Positions 26,691 to 35,439 of a stretch of 64,000 bases of DNA are shown one piece after another; position 1 is the stretch's first letter; every line of letters begins with the position of its first letter. The stretch spans positions 352,001 to 416,000 of the forward strand of contig CAVRCF010000005.1 in assembly GCA_963719505.1 (NCBI GenBank). Reading direction: 5' to 3'. The stretch comes from Halobacteriovoraceae bacterium (GTDB lineage: Bacteria; Bdellovibrionota; Bacteriovoracia; Bacteriovoracales; Bacteriovoracaceae). The position numbers were made by a program, and so were the translations under genes. The notes below the pieces were generated by a model. It ran no database searches, was not told where the DNA came from, and saw only the letters and a list, made by a program, of their open reading frames with translations.

Positions 26691-27729
26691 GGTTATTCAC
26701 CTTTTTTTTCCTGGTCCATTTGGAGGAGCTGAAAAAGTCATCCTTAAAGGACTTGAAGACTTGAAAGAAAAAGTCTCATTGTCGCTTTGGATAATAAAGG
26801 AGACTCGCTGTCCAGAACATGCAGACTATTTTGAAAAAGAATGCTTAAGGATGGGTATTGATAATGAAATGTTTGAGTGCCAAAGTATCTTTGATTTTGG
26901 TCTTTTAAAGAGATTAAAATCACAGGTTCCAAAGAACGCCATTATTCATGCTCATGGAATGAAAGCAAGTTTTTATGCAGCCTTTCTTCCAGGTCAGTTG
27001 GTTATTACTCACCATGGCCATACTTCACACACTTTAAAAGTAAAAGTCTACGAGTTTATACAAGAACTTATCATGCGAAAAGCAGACAGAGTTATCTCTG
27101 TCTCACACCCTATGCATGAAGAGCTTGATAGGAAAAATATTAAATCTTCCCTTATAGAAAACATGCTTTCAATGGAGCCTGCGATTAGTACTTATCAGGA
27201 AACCCAAGAGACGCATTTTGTTTTTATTGGCAGACTATCTCCTGAAAAAGGAGCGAATATCCTCGTTACAGCTTTAAAGAATATGCCTATGGTTAAGCTT
27301 AGTATTGTGGGAGATGGCGTTGAGAAGGAGCAACTCGAAAAACGAGTCATAGATGAGGAAATTAAAAATATTGAGTTTTTAGGTTTTCAATCTGATGTCT
27401 CACCTTATCTAAAAGATGCTCATGCGCTTATTATGCCTTCACTGCGAGAAGGACTTCCCATGACACTTTTGGAGGCTATCTGTGGAGGACTCCCTGTTAT
27501 TGGTAGTGATGTAGGAGGGTTAAAAGGACTCGTAAAACAAAATGGTATTCTTGTTCCACCAGGAGATCCAGTGGCCCTTAATAAGGCCATACAAATTTTT
27601 GTGGCAAAAAGAGATGGTTTTACACAGAATGCCCAAGCTCTAAGCGAGATTTTTATTAACAGATTCTCAGTGAAAAATTGGAGCTATAAGACAGTTGAAA
27701 TTTACAAAAGGCTCTCTAGCCAAAGCTGA
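26683..27729 (+). CDS. Glycosyltransferase family 4
   Basis: GGAEK, IHAHG, FIGRLSPEKG, PSLREGLPMTLLEA. Confidence 0.9.
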   Translation: MNKVIHLFFPGPFGGAEKVILKGLEDLKEKVSLSLWIIKETRCPEHADYFEKECLRMGIDNEMFECQSIFDFGLLKRLKSQVPKNAIIHAHGMKASFYAAFLPGQLVITHHGHTSHTLKVKVYEFIQELIMRKADRVISVSHPMHEELDRKNIKSSLIENMLSMEPAISTYQETQETHFVFIGRLSPEKGANILVTALKNMPMVKLSIVGDGVEKEQLEKRVIDEEIKNIEFLGFQSDVSPYLKDAHALIMPSLREGLPMTLLEAICGGLPVIGSDVGGLKGLVKQNGILVPPGDPVALNKAIQIFVAKRDGFTQNAQALSEIFINRFSVKNWSYKTVEIYKRLSSQS

Positions 27730-28919
27730 AAGTCGGCACCAACTTTCTTATCACCAAAGCTTTTGGAAAGTTTGTGATTAGTATCTAAAGCAGTAAGTTT
27801 AAATGGCTCATCAACTTTTAACTGGCTTAAAGTCTCTATCCATTCCTCAGTTGTTTCACAGTGTATATAATCTTCTTCATCTAGTCCTGCACCTTGGACT
27901 CCCATCTTTGTAGAAATAATTTTTCTCCCAAAGGCATAGGACTCTAAAACTTTTATTCTGGTTCCAGATCCAAAAGTAATAGGGGCAACTGTATAGTGAC
28001 ATCCTCTGTAGGCATCTTTTAAATCAGCAATAAAACCGTGAATAACAACGCCCTTTAGATTTTGATATTTTAAAAGCCATTCTTTTTTTCCTGAACCCAC
28101 GATATTGAGAACGATATCATCTCGATTTTTTATAACGGTAGGCCAAACATCTTCTAGTATCCACTTTAAGCCCTCTCGATTAGGTGCCCAGTCAAGTCTT
28201 CCCAAAAAGAGAATGTGTAGCTTACTACTTTCATTCGTTTCAAGAACTTGATCAAAATCAAGACCCAAAGGAGTGAGGTGAGAATTCTCTACATTGACCA
28301 TTCCATTAATTGTTGCTTGATCCTCCTCGGAAATGGGAGCCACTCCAAATGAGTGTTGTAAAACAAATTTTTCAAATTTTTCCACAAGATAAAACTGGTA
28401 CTTAAAAATAAGTTTTTTAATAATATTTTTTTCTTCCTCAGCTGACCTTCGCCACAAGTCACCTTCAATATTATGGGCCCGATAGATCACCTTAGCATCA
28501 CCGGTCTGAAAGCCCTCTCTATTTCTAGACAAACAGGCAGCTAAATGAAGCCCATCTAAGAGAATAAAATCATACTTTTCGATATCGAGCTTACGATCAA
28601 CAAACTCTTTATTACTTGAAGTATCAAATGATGAGAAAGTAAGTGGTGTAAAAGGTTTTGAGATAAGTTTAAAGAAAAAATACAGCAGTTTAGAAGGACC
28701 AAAACTTGCCACGGAGCGCTTTTTGACAAAGATTTTTCTAATTTTCCACTGCTTATGCATTACCCTGGGATCAATAATTTCATCGCTATTTGGAAAACAC
28801 ATAACATCCACTGTGACACCTGGACCAGCAACATTAGTAAGAAGTCTCTCTGTTGCCACGCGAGCACCGTCAATAGCCGGAAGAGTCCACTTGGGAATAA
28901 TCCAAAGGACTTTTATCAT
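27702..28919 (-). CDS. Glycosyltransferase family 4 (HNxE subtype)
   Basis: AHNIE, FLGRLDWAPNREG, PITFGSGTRIKVLES. Confidence 0.85.
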   Translation of the reverse strand: MIKVLWIIPKWTLPAIDGARVATERLLTNVAGPGVTVDVMCFPNSDEIIDPRVMHKQWKIRKIFVKKRSVASFGPSKLLYFFFKLISKPFTPLTFSSFDTSSNKEFVDRKLDIEKYDFILLDGLHLAACLSRNREGFQTGDAKVIYRAHNIEGDLWRRSAEEEKNIIKKLIFKYQFYLVEKFEKFVLQHSFGVAPISEEDQATINGMVNVENSHLTPLGLDFDQVLETNESSKLHILFLGRLDWAPNREGLKWILEDVWPTVIKNRDDIVLNIVGSGKKEWLLKYQNLKGVVIHGFIADLKDAYRGCHYTVAPITFGSGTRIKVLESYAFGRKIISTKMGVQGAGLDEEDYIHCETTEEWIETLSQLKVDEPFKLTALDTNHKLSKSFGDKKVGADFQLWLESLL

Positions 28920-29743
28920 TCCTTTTCCATTTCAATAAGAATTGCACCGCCAAACTTTTGTAAAGAAGGAAATTTCTTAAATAAGAAATGATCAAATTTT
29001 TCTAAAAACGAAACTCTTGGATCACTTCCCTTTCTGAAAAAACGATCAAAGCGCGCAAAAAGAAAAAAGGAGCTAATTGACGTTTTTGGGAAAACTTTTT
29101 TTATCGTTTCAAGATCCTCTGTTGTCAATTTTTTTTCATCATCTGTTATATGCAGTTCAAATGACATTTCTTTTGGAAAGAAAAATTGAACCAACTTAGT
29201 ATTGCGAATATCATCAAGTCCTTTTATCGATAAGGGCTCTCGAAAGATAGCACGCCCGCCTGGCTTGAGAAGCTTTTTGCATTCTAATAAGGACTTTTCA
29301 ATATCGATATGATGAAGAATATCAACACCGACAATAAGATCAAACAACTGTGGATTAAGTCCCGTATTTTCAGTCGTTCCTTCAATAAAGTGGATATCAA
29401 GATTATATTTCTCGCTTAAATTTTTCGCCGTCTTTACATTATTGGGAGAAATATCAACTCCCGTCACATTGTATCCAATTTTCCGAAACAATAATGAGTT
29501 AAGTCCAGGCCCAGAGCCAAAGTCTAGAAGCTTATCCTCTTTTTTGTAAAGATCAATGGCCCGCTTATACAGCTGCCAGTAACTATTCCAAGGTCTAGTT
29601 TCTTTTTGCTCAAGAACTGAGACGACCGGAGAAAAATCAACTTCTACATTTTGATTATATGTCTCAACATACCGATCGTAGTATTCTTTTTCTCTTTGTT
29701 GTCTTTTTGATAAACTCAAAACCTCTACCTCTGTGTTTCCCAT
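28916..29743 (-). CDS. Class I SAM-dependent methyltransferase
   Basis: LLDFGSGPG, GVDIS, FDLIV...LHH, LKPGG. Confidence 0.88.
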   Translation of the reverse strand: MGNTEVEVLSLSKRQQREKEYYDRYVETYNQNVEVDFSPVVSVLEQKETRPWNSYWQLYKRAIDLYKKEDKLLDFGSGPGLNSLLFRKIGYNVTGVDISPNNVKTAKNLSEKYNLDIHFIEGTTENTGLNPQLFDLIVGVDILHHIDIEKSLLECKKLLKPGGRAIFREPLSIKGLDDIRNTKLVQFFFPKEMSFELHITDDEKKLTTEDLETIKKVFPKTSISSFFLFARFDRFFRKGSDPRVSFLEKFDHFLFKKFPSLQKFGGAILIEMEKE

Positions 29744-30855
29744 GTGGACTCCAAATTTGAAGTCACAGTTTTATACAATGCTTTTAATGCTGCTAGGTTA
29801 ATTATAAAAAAATATAGTGGAATTCCAAGTACTTTTGGCCTAAATGAAAAAGAATTCAAGATAAAGGCAACTAAAACACTCGTGTAAAAAATGATTTGCA
29901 AATTAAGTATCGTCCATGCGAGAGGAGATGGATGATTAATCACGTCAGCGATTGAAAATAGTAAAAGTAAAATAGCAAAAACTGGTGCCAGCCACCGCAG
30001 CACTTTATGAGAAATGAGTTGAAAGCTTGCAACGGGATACTTCAATGGATTTAGAACACTTTTTGCATGAAGAAGACCTGTCATTCCACCTCGGATGACT
30101 CTCACTCTCATAGACCATTCAGTTTGTGGCTTTTTCGTCGTTTCTTCAAAACATATTGCCTGGGGTTCAGAGACCACTCTAAATCCTTTTTGAATGAAAA
30201 AGAGAGGCCCTGTGAAGTCCTCAATAATATTGGAAGGAAGTGGATGATAAGCATTTGTCCGAAAAGCGGTAATACAGCCAATGGATCCCGTCAGTGACCC
30301 TAGATTTGTCTGAGATGTTTTGATAATGCTCTCTAATTTCCAAAAAAGTTTTTGCCCTATTCCCATCTGGGTGCCTTGATCGTCTTTATACTTCAAATGA
30401 CCCGTTACCATTCCAACCTTTTGATCTGCAAAGCTTCGAACGAGCATCTTGACGGAGTCTTTGTCATATTCAGTCGTGGCATCGGAGAAGACGGTAATAT
30501 CACTTTTTATATTCTTCATTGCAATGTTTCGGGCTTCAGTTTTACCAACTCTCCCCTCAACTCTGACAAGTTGCACATTGGGAAATTGAGTCTTGACGAT
30601 ATTGTCGGTTTGATCTGAGGAAGCATCAGACACCACAATGATATCAAATTTGTCTGAGGGATAATCTATCTCTAATGTATTAATTAATTTATCACCAATT
30701 GATCCCTCCTCATTATAGGCCGCAATCATAAAAGTAACGGAAGGAGTTATATCTTCTTTTATGATTCTCTTTTTTAGAATAGAGCCCAAAATAATAACCA
30801 ATAGTGGATAAAAGAGATAAGGAAAGAGAATTAAAAAAATTAACCAAAGCGTCAT
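29725..30855 (-). CDS. Glycosyltransferase family 2, membrane-associated (PgaC/IcaA-like)
   Basis: AAYNEE, SDASSD, FSDA, IEDF, RVRVIRG; N- and C-terminal TM helices. Confidence 0.88.
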   Translation of the reverse strand: MTLWLIFLILFPYLFYPLLVIILGSILKKRIIKEDITPSVTFMIAAYNEEGSIGDKLINTLEIDYPSDKFDIIVVSDASSDQTDNIVKTQFPNVQLVRVEGRVGKTEARNIAMKNIKSDITVFSDATTEYDKDSVKMLVRSFADQKVGMVTGHLKYKDDQGTQMGIGQKLFWKLESIIKTSQTNLGSLTGSIGCITAFRTNAYHPLPSNIIEDFTGPLFFIQKGFRVVSEPQAICFEETTKKPQTEWSMRVRVIRGGMTGLLHAKSVLNPLKYPVASFQLISHKVLRWLAPVFAILLLLFSIADVINHPSPLAWTILNLQIIFYTSVLVAFILNSFSFRPKVLGIPLYFFIINLAALKALYKTVTSNLESTWETQR

Positions 30856-32300
30856 ACCGTTATTCCAAATTCTAACTTTTTATCTATTCTAGTTCCTTTT
30901 AATTTACTATGGGTAATGACTAAAGCCAAAATAATATAAGGAAATAAAAGATAGGTATGGGACAAAAATGTAATCGCTACTCCATATCCTAAAATAGCTA
31001 AAAAATAGTCTGGATGATCCTTTCGCATCAGCCAAGCTCTATACAAAGCGTAAGTCCAAAGTCCCATAAAAAGAGCCAAGGCCATAAAGCCCCCTTCTGC
31101 TAATGCTAAAACCCATGAAGAGTGGGCCGTCATATTTTTTCCCTCTGATCCGGTATCCCCATCAATAGCATAGCTTGAAAAATTACCAGTAAAGCCCCAA
31201 TATCCCACACCAAAGATTGGATTCCTAACGGCCATATTGGCGCCGGCTTTCCAAAAGATAATTCGATTACTAGTAGAGCCCTCAAGATCACCAGAAGATC
31301 TTTTCATTAAAGAAATGACTCCAACTCCCCCAACTACTGCAAGGATGAGAACAAGGACAAGATATTTAATTTTGGTTATTTTTAAAACAAGCCATCCACC
31401 TATAATAGCTGCGATTGCCAAGACGGCTCCTCGCGATTGAGATTCCCAAACAAGATAGGTTAGAGAAAAAAAAGTGATCGCAGCGAAAATCCAACTAAAG
31501 GGACGAATCTTAGATTTTAAAATAAAGAAAACAACCAATGGAATAACGAGGACAAAGATCGCCGCAATATCATTAGAATTTGAAAGAATACCGATACTTT
31601 GAAGCCTCTCACCTACTTCTTCTAGACCTGTTTTAGGAGTCATGAAAGATTGATAAAAAGAAATAAAACCCTTCTCAAGTATTGAAAGAATAAGAGCTAT
31701 CTTTACTAAAACTGCATCTCTTTCAGTTTCTAGTGAGTTTTGAATGAGAACAAAAACAATGACAGCTTTAGAGAATATTTCTATAAACTTTGAAACTGCT
31801 AGTCCTTGGTGATTTGAAAAAAAAGCCGATAAGAAAAGCCAAAAAGCAAACCCAAGAATAAAGAAAGTTCCCGTGTTGAATTTAAAATAAAATCTCTTAT
31901 TGATAACTTTACTGACAACAATACTTATCATGGCCAAATAAGAAACATCTCTTGGCATCGACGCCATCAATTGATTATCATAAGTTTCCCATGGTCTCGA
32001 AAGAAGAAGATAGACCAAAAAACCAATGGCATATTTAGGATTAATAACAGAGAGGATGATGAGAACACTGAACTCAATTGAAAAGAAAAAACCTTCCTCC
32101 CCCCAAGTCCCTAAAAAATTGATAAAAAGGCCACCTGCGAGAACGGGAAAAAGAAGCAAGAGAAATTTCTTGGAGTTGTTTGACCAATTCTCTTTTATAC
32201 CAGGACCATCTATGACGACAAAAAATGTTGTAAAAGAAAGAAGCAGCAAGCCCAGAAAGACTTGATGCGTATTAATAATAAGAAGATCAAAGTTTTCCAT
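30852..32300 (-). CDS. O-antigen ligase/Wzy-family membrane protein (probable polymerase or ligase)
   Basis: Multi-TM; SNSNDIAA, SQSRGA, NRIIFWK, NPIFGVG, TAHSSW (Wzy_C His). Confidence 0.8.
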   Translation of the reverse strand: MENFDLLIINTHQVFLGLLLLSFTTFFVVIDGPGIKENWSNNSKKFLLLLFPVLAGGLFINFLGTWGEEGFFFSIEFSVLIILSVINPKYAIGFLVYLLLSRPWETYDNQLMASMPRDVSYLAMISIVVSKVINKRFYFKFNTGTFFILGFAFWLFLSAFFSNHQGLAVSKFIEIFSKAVIVFVLIQNSLETERDAVLVKIALILSILEKGFISFYQSFMTPKTGLEEVGERLQSIGILSNSNDIAAIFVLVIPLVVFFILKSKIRPFSWIFAAITFFSLTYLVWESQSRGAVLAIAAIIGGWLVLKITKIKYLVLVLILAVVGGVGVISLMKRSSGDLEGSTSNRIIFWKAGANMAVRNPIFGVGYWGFTGNFSSYAIDGDTGSEGKNMTAHSSWVLALAEGGFMALALFMGLWTYALYRAWLMRKDHPDYFLAILGYGVAITFLSHTYLLFPYIILALVITHSKLKGTRIDKKLEFGITV

Positions 32301-32302
32301 CT

Positions 32303-33460
32303 TTAAGTTAAGCTATTTTCTTCTAAACTTTTGTCTATAGATTTTTGACTATAACCTTTTGCAAGCTTTGGTAAGGATCCTAGATCCACAGCCCCAAATT
32401 TCTCAGCACATAAAGAGACGGCTTGTGATTGAGTTGGGATCATGATCTCTTTATAAAAAACATAAATAAAAGCAAATACTAAACCTAGAAGAAAGCCAAC
32501 ACTTGCAAAAAGTCTTTTCTTTGGCCAAATAGGTGCCGTAGGAAGATTGGGCTTTTGTATGATTCCAATATAAGAATCAAGAGATCTTTTTTCAATATCC
32601 AGAGCAATATTAAAGTCATGATATTTTGTATAAAAAGTTGAAGAAATTTTAGCTGAAACTTCTTTATTTGAATTAAGTGATATTGATGCATCAACCGCAT
32701 CATTACTAAAGCCTTCATCTTCAAATTCTTTAAGCCATGATTTAATCGTATACCTTTTTTCTTTCAGAGCTAGAATTTTTGGATGATTGTCTTTATATTG
32801 CTTTTTTAAAGCAGCTATAGAAGTGTTTAGCTTATTTAATTCAGCATTGAGAACTTCAGGGTTCTTTGAGACAAGGGCACTATCGGCACCTTTTCTATTG
32901 GCCGTCTGAGTTGCGTTAAAAGAAGTAAGTCTTCTAACCATTATTCCCTTTACCATCTCAATAGTATTTATTCTCGATTGAATAAAGTGACCTTTTACAA
33001 GGTCTAATGTTTTAGAGGCAATCTCTTTTGCGATAAAAGGATCACTGTGGATAAAACTGACCTTATAGCTTTGACCACCAGTTGAATAGTATTTGAATCT
33101 ATCTCTTAAGAACTGTCGCTCTTTCGCTTTTACACTTTCGTCTTCAGAACCAGAATAGAGATTATAATCTTTTCCAATTTGATCGATGAAATCATCTGAG
33201 ATGGCCTCTTTAACCATTGAATCGATTGTAAATCTCATTTCGGGGACATTAAAAACCGAAGGAATAATGCCAGAAATAAGTGGATTTTGAAAATACTTAG
33301 AGTAAACATTTATTTCAAAATCTGCTTGATACTTCTTTTTCATCATTTGAGTAAGACTAATACTAAAGGCCAAACACAGAACGACGATAATACTCATTCT
33401 CCAGAAGTACTTGACAACTATATTTACAAGATCTCTTATAAAGACTTTATCATTGCTCAT
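32303..33460 (-). CDS. Polysaccharide co-polymerase (Wzz/GumC/Wzc N-terminal type)
   Basis: Two TMs flanking a coiled coil with YKDNHPKI; Pro-rich PNLPTAPIWPKK before TM2. Confidence 0.8.
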   Translation of the reverse strand: MSNDKVFIRDLVNIVVKYFWRMSIIVVLCLAFSISLTQMMKKKYQADFEINVYSKYFQNPLISGIIPSVFNVPEMRFTIDSMVKEAISDDFIDQIGKDYNLYSGSEDESVKAKERQFLRDRFKYYSTGGQSYKVSFIHSDPFIAKEIASKTLDLVKGHFIQSRINTIEMVKGIMVRRLTSFNATQTANRKGADSALVSKNPEVLNAELNKLNTSIAALKKQYKDNHPKILALKEKRYTIKSWLKEFEDEGFSNDAVDASISLNSNKEVSAKISSTFYTKYHDFNIALDIEKRSLDSYIGIIQKPNLPTAPIWPKKRLFASVGFLLGLVFAFIYVFYKEIMIPTQSQAVSLCAEKFGAVDLGSLPKLAKGYSQKSIDKSLEENSLT

Positions 33461-33990
33461 TATCTTGCCTCATTATATAGAACACCAACGACTGGTATAT
33501 CGAGATCACCATAGTAATCTCCGATTACTTCTTCTTTTAAATCTGCAGATTTTTTTGATTTTATCAATATAGCCCCATCAATTTTAATTGCAGGTAAAAC
33601 GCCAGGGTTACAAGAATCCTGATCAGTATTTATAAAGATAACATCATAGAAATCTCTACTATCATCTAATCCGATCGAATTATGATTTTTATTTGCCGAT
33701 ATATAGTCGACACCTTTGAAAGAGGATTTCGTGATACTGGAATCCTTTAAATCCACTCCTAAAAGTTTATCAAGGTTATCAAAACTGTCGGTACAATCTA
33801 TAATCAATACTCTTTTCTTGTAAAGAGAGTTGAGAATGGGAGAAACGCTTGAGATGAAAGTAGACTTACCCTCGCCTTTAAAATCAGAGATAACGACCAA
33901 ACTCTTAACCTCTCTGGAGGCCAACAAGTAATTAAGATTGGTAGCAATCTTTTCTAATTTAATCATTTGCTCATTCGAATCTTTAAACAT
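33460..33990 (-). CDS. Short, degenerate CpsD/CapB-like BY-kinase domain
   Basis: Walker A GEGKST, RVLIID, GVLYN terminus; altered Walker B and no Tyr tail. Confidence 0.7.
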   Translation of the reverse strand: MFKDSNEQMIKLEKIATNLNYLLASREVKSLVVISDFKGEGKSTFISSVSPILNSLYKKRVLIIDCTDSFDNLDKLLGVDLKDSSITKSSFKGVDYISANKNHNSIGLDDSRDFYDVIFINTDQDSCNPGVLPAIKIDGAILIKSKKSADLKEEVIGDYYGDLDIPVVGVLYNEAR

Positions 33991-34021
33991 TCTTCGCCTC
34001 AGTGTTAGTTTTAAAGTCTAC

Positions 34022-34038
34022 TGTCTAAATTTTAGACA
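34022..34038. promoter_or_regulatory. Perfect palindrome TGTCTAAA-T-TTTAGACA, candidate transcription-factor site
   Basis: Inverted repeat seen directly, in the leader of the kinase-wzz-wzy-GT operon. Confidence 0.6.
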
Positions 34039-34098
34039 ATATTGAAAACGCTATTTAGCTGAAATTACTAAAAAGTATAAACGCTATATACTATATAT

Positions 34099-34114
34099 AG
34101 CGAATAAGATGCCA
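34099..34114 (-). promoter_or_regulatory. Sigma54 (-24/-12)-type promoter for the 33990-27702 operon
   Basis: Minus strand TGGCAT-CTTAT-TCGCT (GG-N10-GC), ~110 nt upstream of ATG 33990. Confidence 0.6.
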
Positions 34115-34142
34115 AAAAAAAGCCCCCACAGTGTGGAGGCTT
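34114..34142 (-). terminator. Rho-independent terminator of the TolC-like operon
   Basis: Minus strand GCCTCCAC-ACT-GTGGGGGC stem followed by T8, just after the stop at 34168. Confidence 0.85.
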
Positions 34143-34167
34143 AAATATCTTTATAAAAATGTCATAA

Positions 34168-35424
34168 CTACTTTGTAAAACTTGCCTCTACAGCTGTTGG
34201 GCGCTTGATTGAGTAAGAATACCCACTCCATACCATCTGCCCATCTACTTCTCTCAAGGAAACAATAAGCTTCATTGTCGAGTTATGAGTCAGTGAAAGA
34301 ACTCCATTTTCAGGAAAGAACTTTCCTTTATAGTCTTTTTTAACAGATCCGCTCTCGTTTCTGAGAGTTGCCGAGTAAACACCTGGAAGAAAGCTTTTTA
34401 CTGTAAGAGTCACGTTCATAGAGCCAACAGTTCCTTTGAAAGTTCCGATAGCATCATTCTCTGTTAGAACGATTGGAGTCTCTCCAGCAAAAACTGATCT
34501 CGTAGAAAAAGTCTGATTACCAGAGAAGCTAATTGTTGAATCCGTTGTCGTCAACTGACCTGAAATAGCACCTGTTTCTCTATCAAGTTCAAATGAGAAC
34601 TCTTTAGATGTTTGAGAGCTTGAGATTGATTTACTTGAAAGAATATTTCCAGCAAGAGCCACATCATCAAAAGAAAAAGAAGCTCTTCTGAATTGGGAAT
34701 TGTAAAAAATGACAACTAAGTTTTGGTCAGCAGATGAATCTAGCACTGCAATCTTATCAAAAGGAAGGATCCCTTGAGTTACACCAGTGATCATAGAGCT
34801 AACATTGTAAACACCCTCGTGAGCTGGATCAAGTGCCGTAAGTTTGATAGTAATTTTACTAACAAGACTTCCAGCTGCTCTTGGAATCCATGATTCGTCA
34901 CCAAGCATTACAGAGTGTGCTTTTGCATTTTGCGAAAACTTAACAAGGGCATTTAAATCATCGATTGACTCAATAGACTCAACTTTTTTAGACCAAAATT
35001 CTATAATTTCGAATCTTTTTTGTGCCGATGTGATTTGAGTAAAATAAGAAGAAAGTGCAGCTGCATTAATGTCCGAGTATTTTGCAAGACCCATAATCAT
35101 AGCGTTTGTAAGATTGTTTGACTCTCTTACAACCCAGTCAGCATCGTTTTGAGCTACTGATAAAGCCTTTGTCTCTTTAGATGCGACTAAGAGATTTTCT
35201 AGAATTTCTAGCTTATCAGACTCTCCATAAGTCGATAGCATCTTGTTAACGTAGTTATAACGACGGTCTTCATTGAAGCTTTTTAATGCCTCGATCGTTG
35301 CGGATACGTCACAAACTGGAACTCCACATTCATTTACACCATCATCTAGAGGGCCAGCTAAAGCTGCTCCACTTAACATAAATGTTGCTACTGCAAAAAC
35401 ATTTAATACTTTTTTCGTTAACAT
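34168..35424 (-). CDS. Secreted hypothetical protein (helical repeats, then beta-rich C-terminus)
   Basis: Signal peptide ending ALA; CGVPVC; repeated D..W..R helical unit; co-transcribed with two TolC-like genes. Confidence 0.6.
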   Translation of the reverse strand: MLTKKVLNVFAVATFMLSGAALAGPLDDGVNECGVPVCDVSATIEALKSFNEDRRYNYVNKMLSTYGESDKLEILENLLVASKETKALSVAQNDADWVVRESNNLTNAMIMGLAKYSDINAAALSSYFTQITSAQKRFEIIEFWSKKVESIESIDDLNALVKFSQNAKAHSVMLGDESWIPRAAGSLVSKITIKLTALDPAHEGVYNVSSMITGVTQGILPFDKIAVLDSSADQNLVVIFYNSQFRRASFSFDDVALAGNILSSKSISSSQTSKEFSFELDRETGAISGQLTTTDSTISFSGNQTFSTRSVFAGETPIVLTENDAIGTFKGTVGSMNVTLTVKSFLPGVYSATLRNESGSVKKDYKGKFFPENGVLSLTHNSTMKLIVSLREVDGQMVWSGYSYSIKRPTAVEASFTK

Positions 35425-35439
35425 TATATTCTCCTTAAA

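Noticed and set aside
27702-27729. Convergent 3' overlaps (also 4262-4265, 11783-11812, 43505-43508, 48026-48029) as antisense regulation
   Set aside because: They are frequent throughout this compact genome and not specific.
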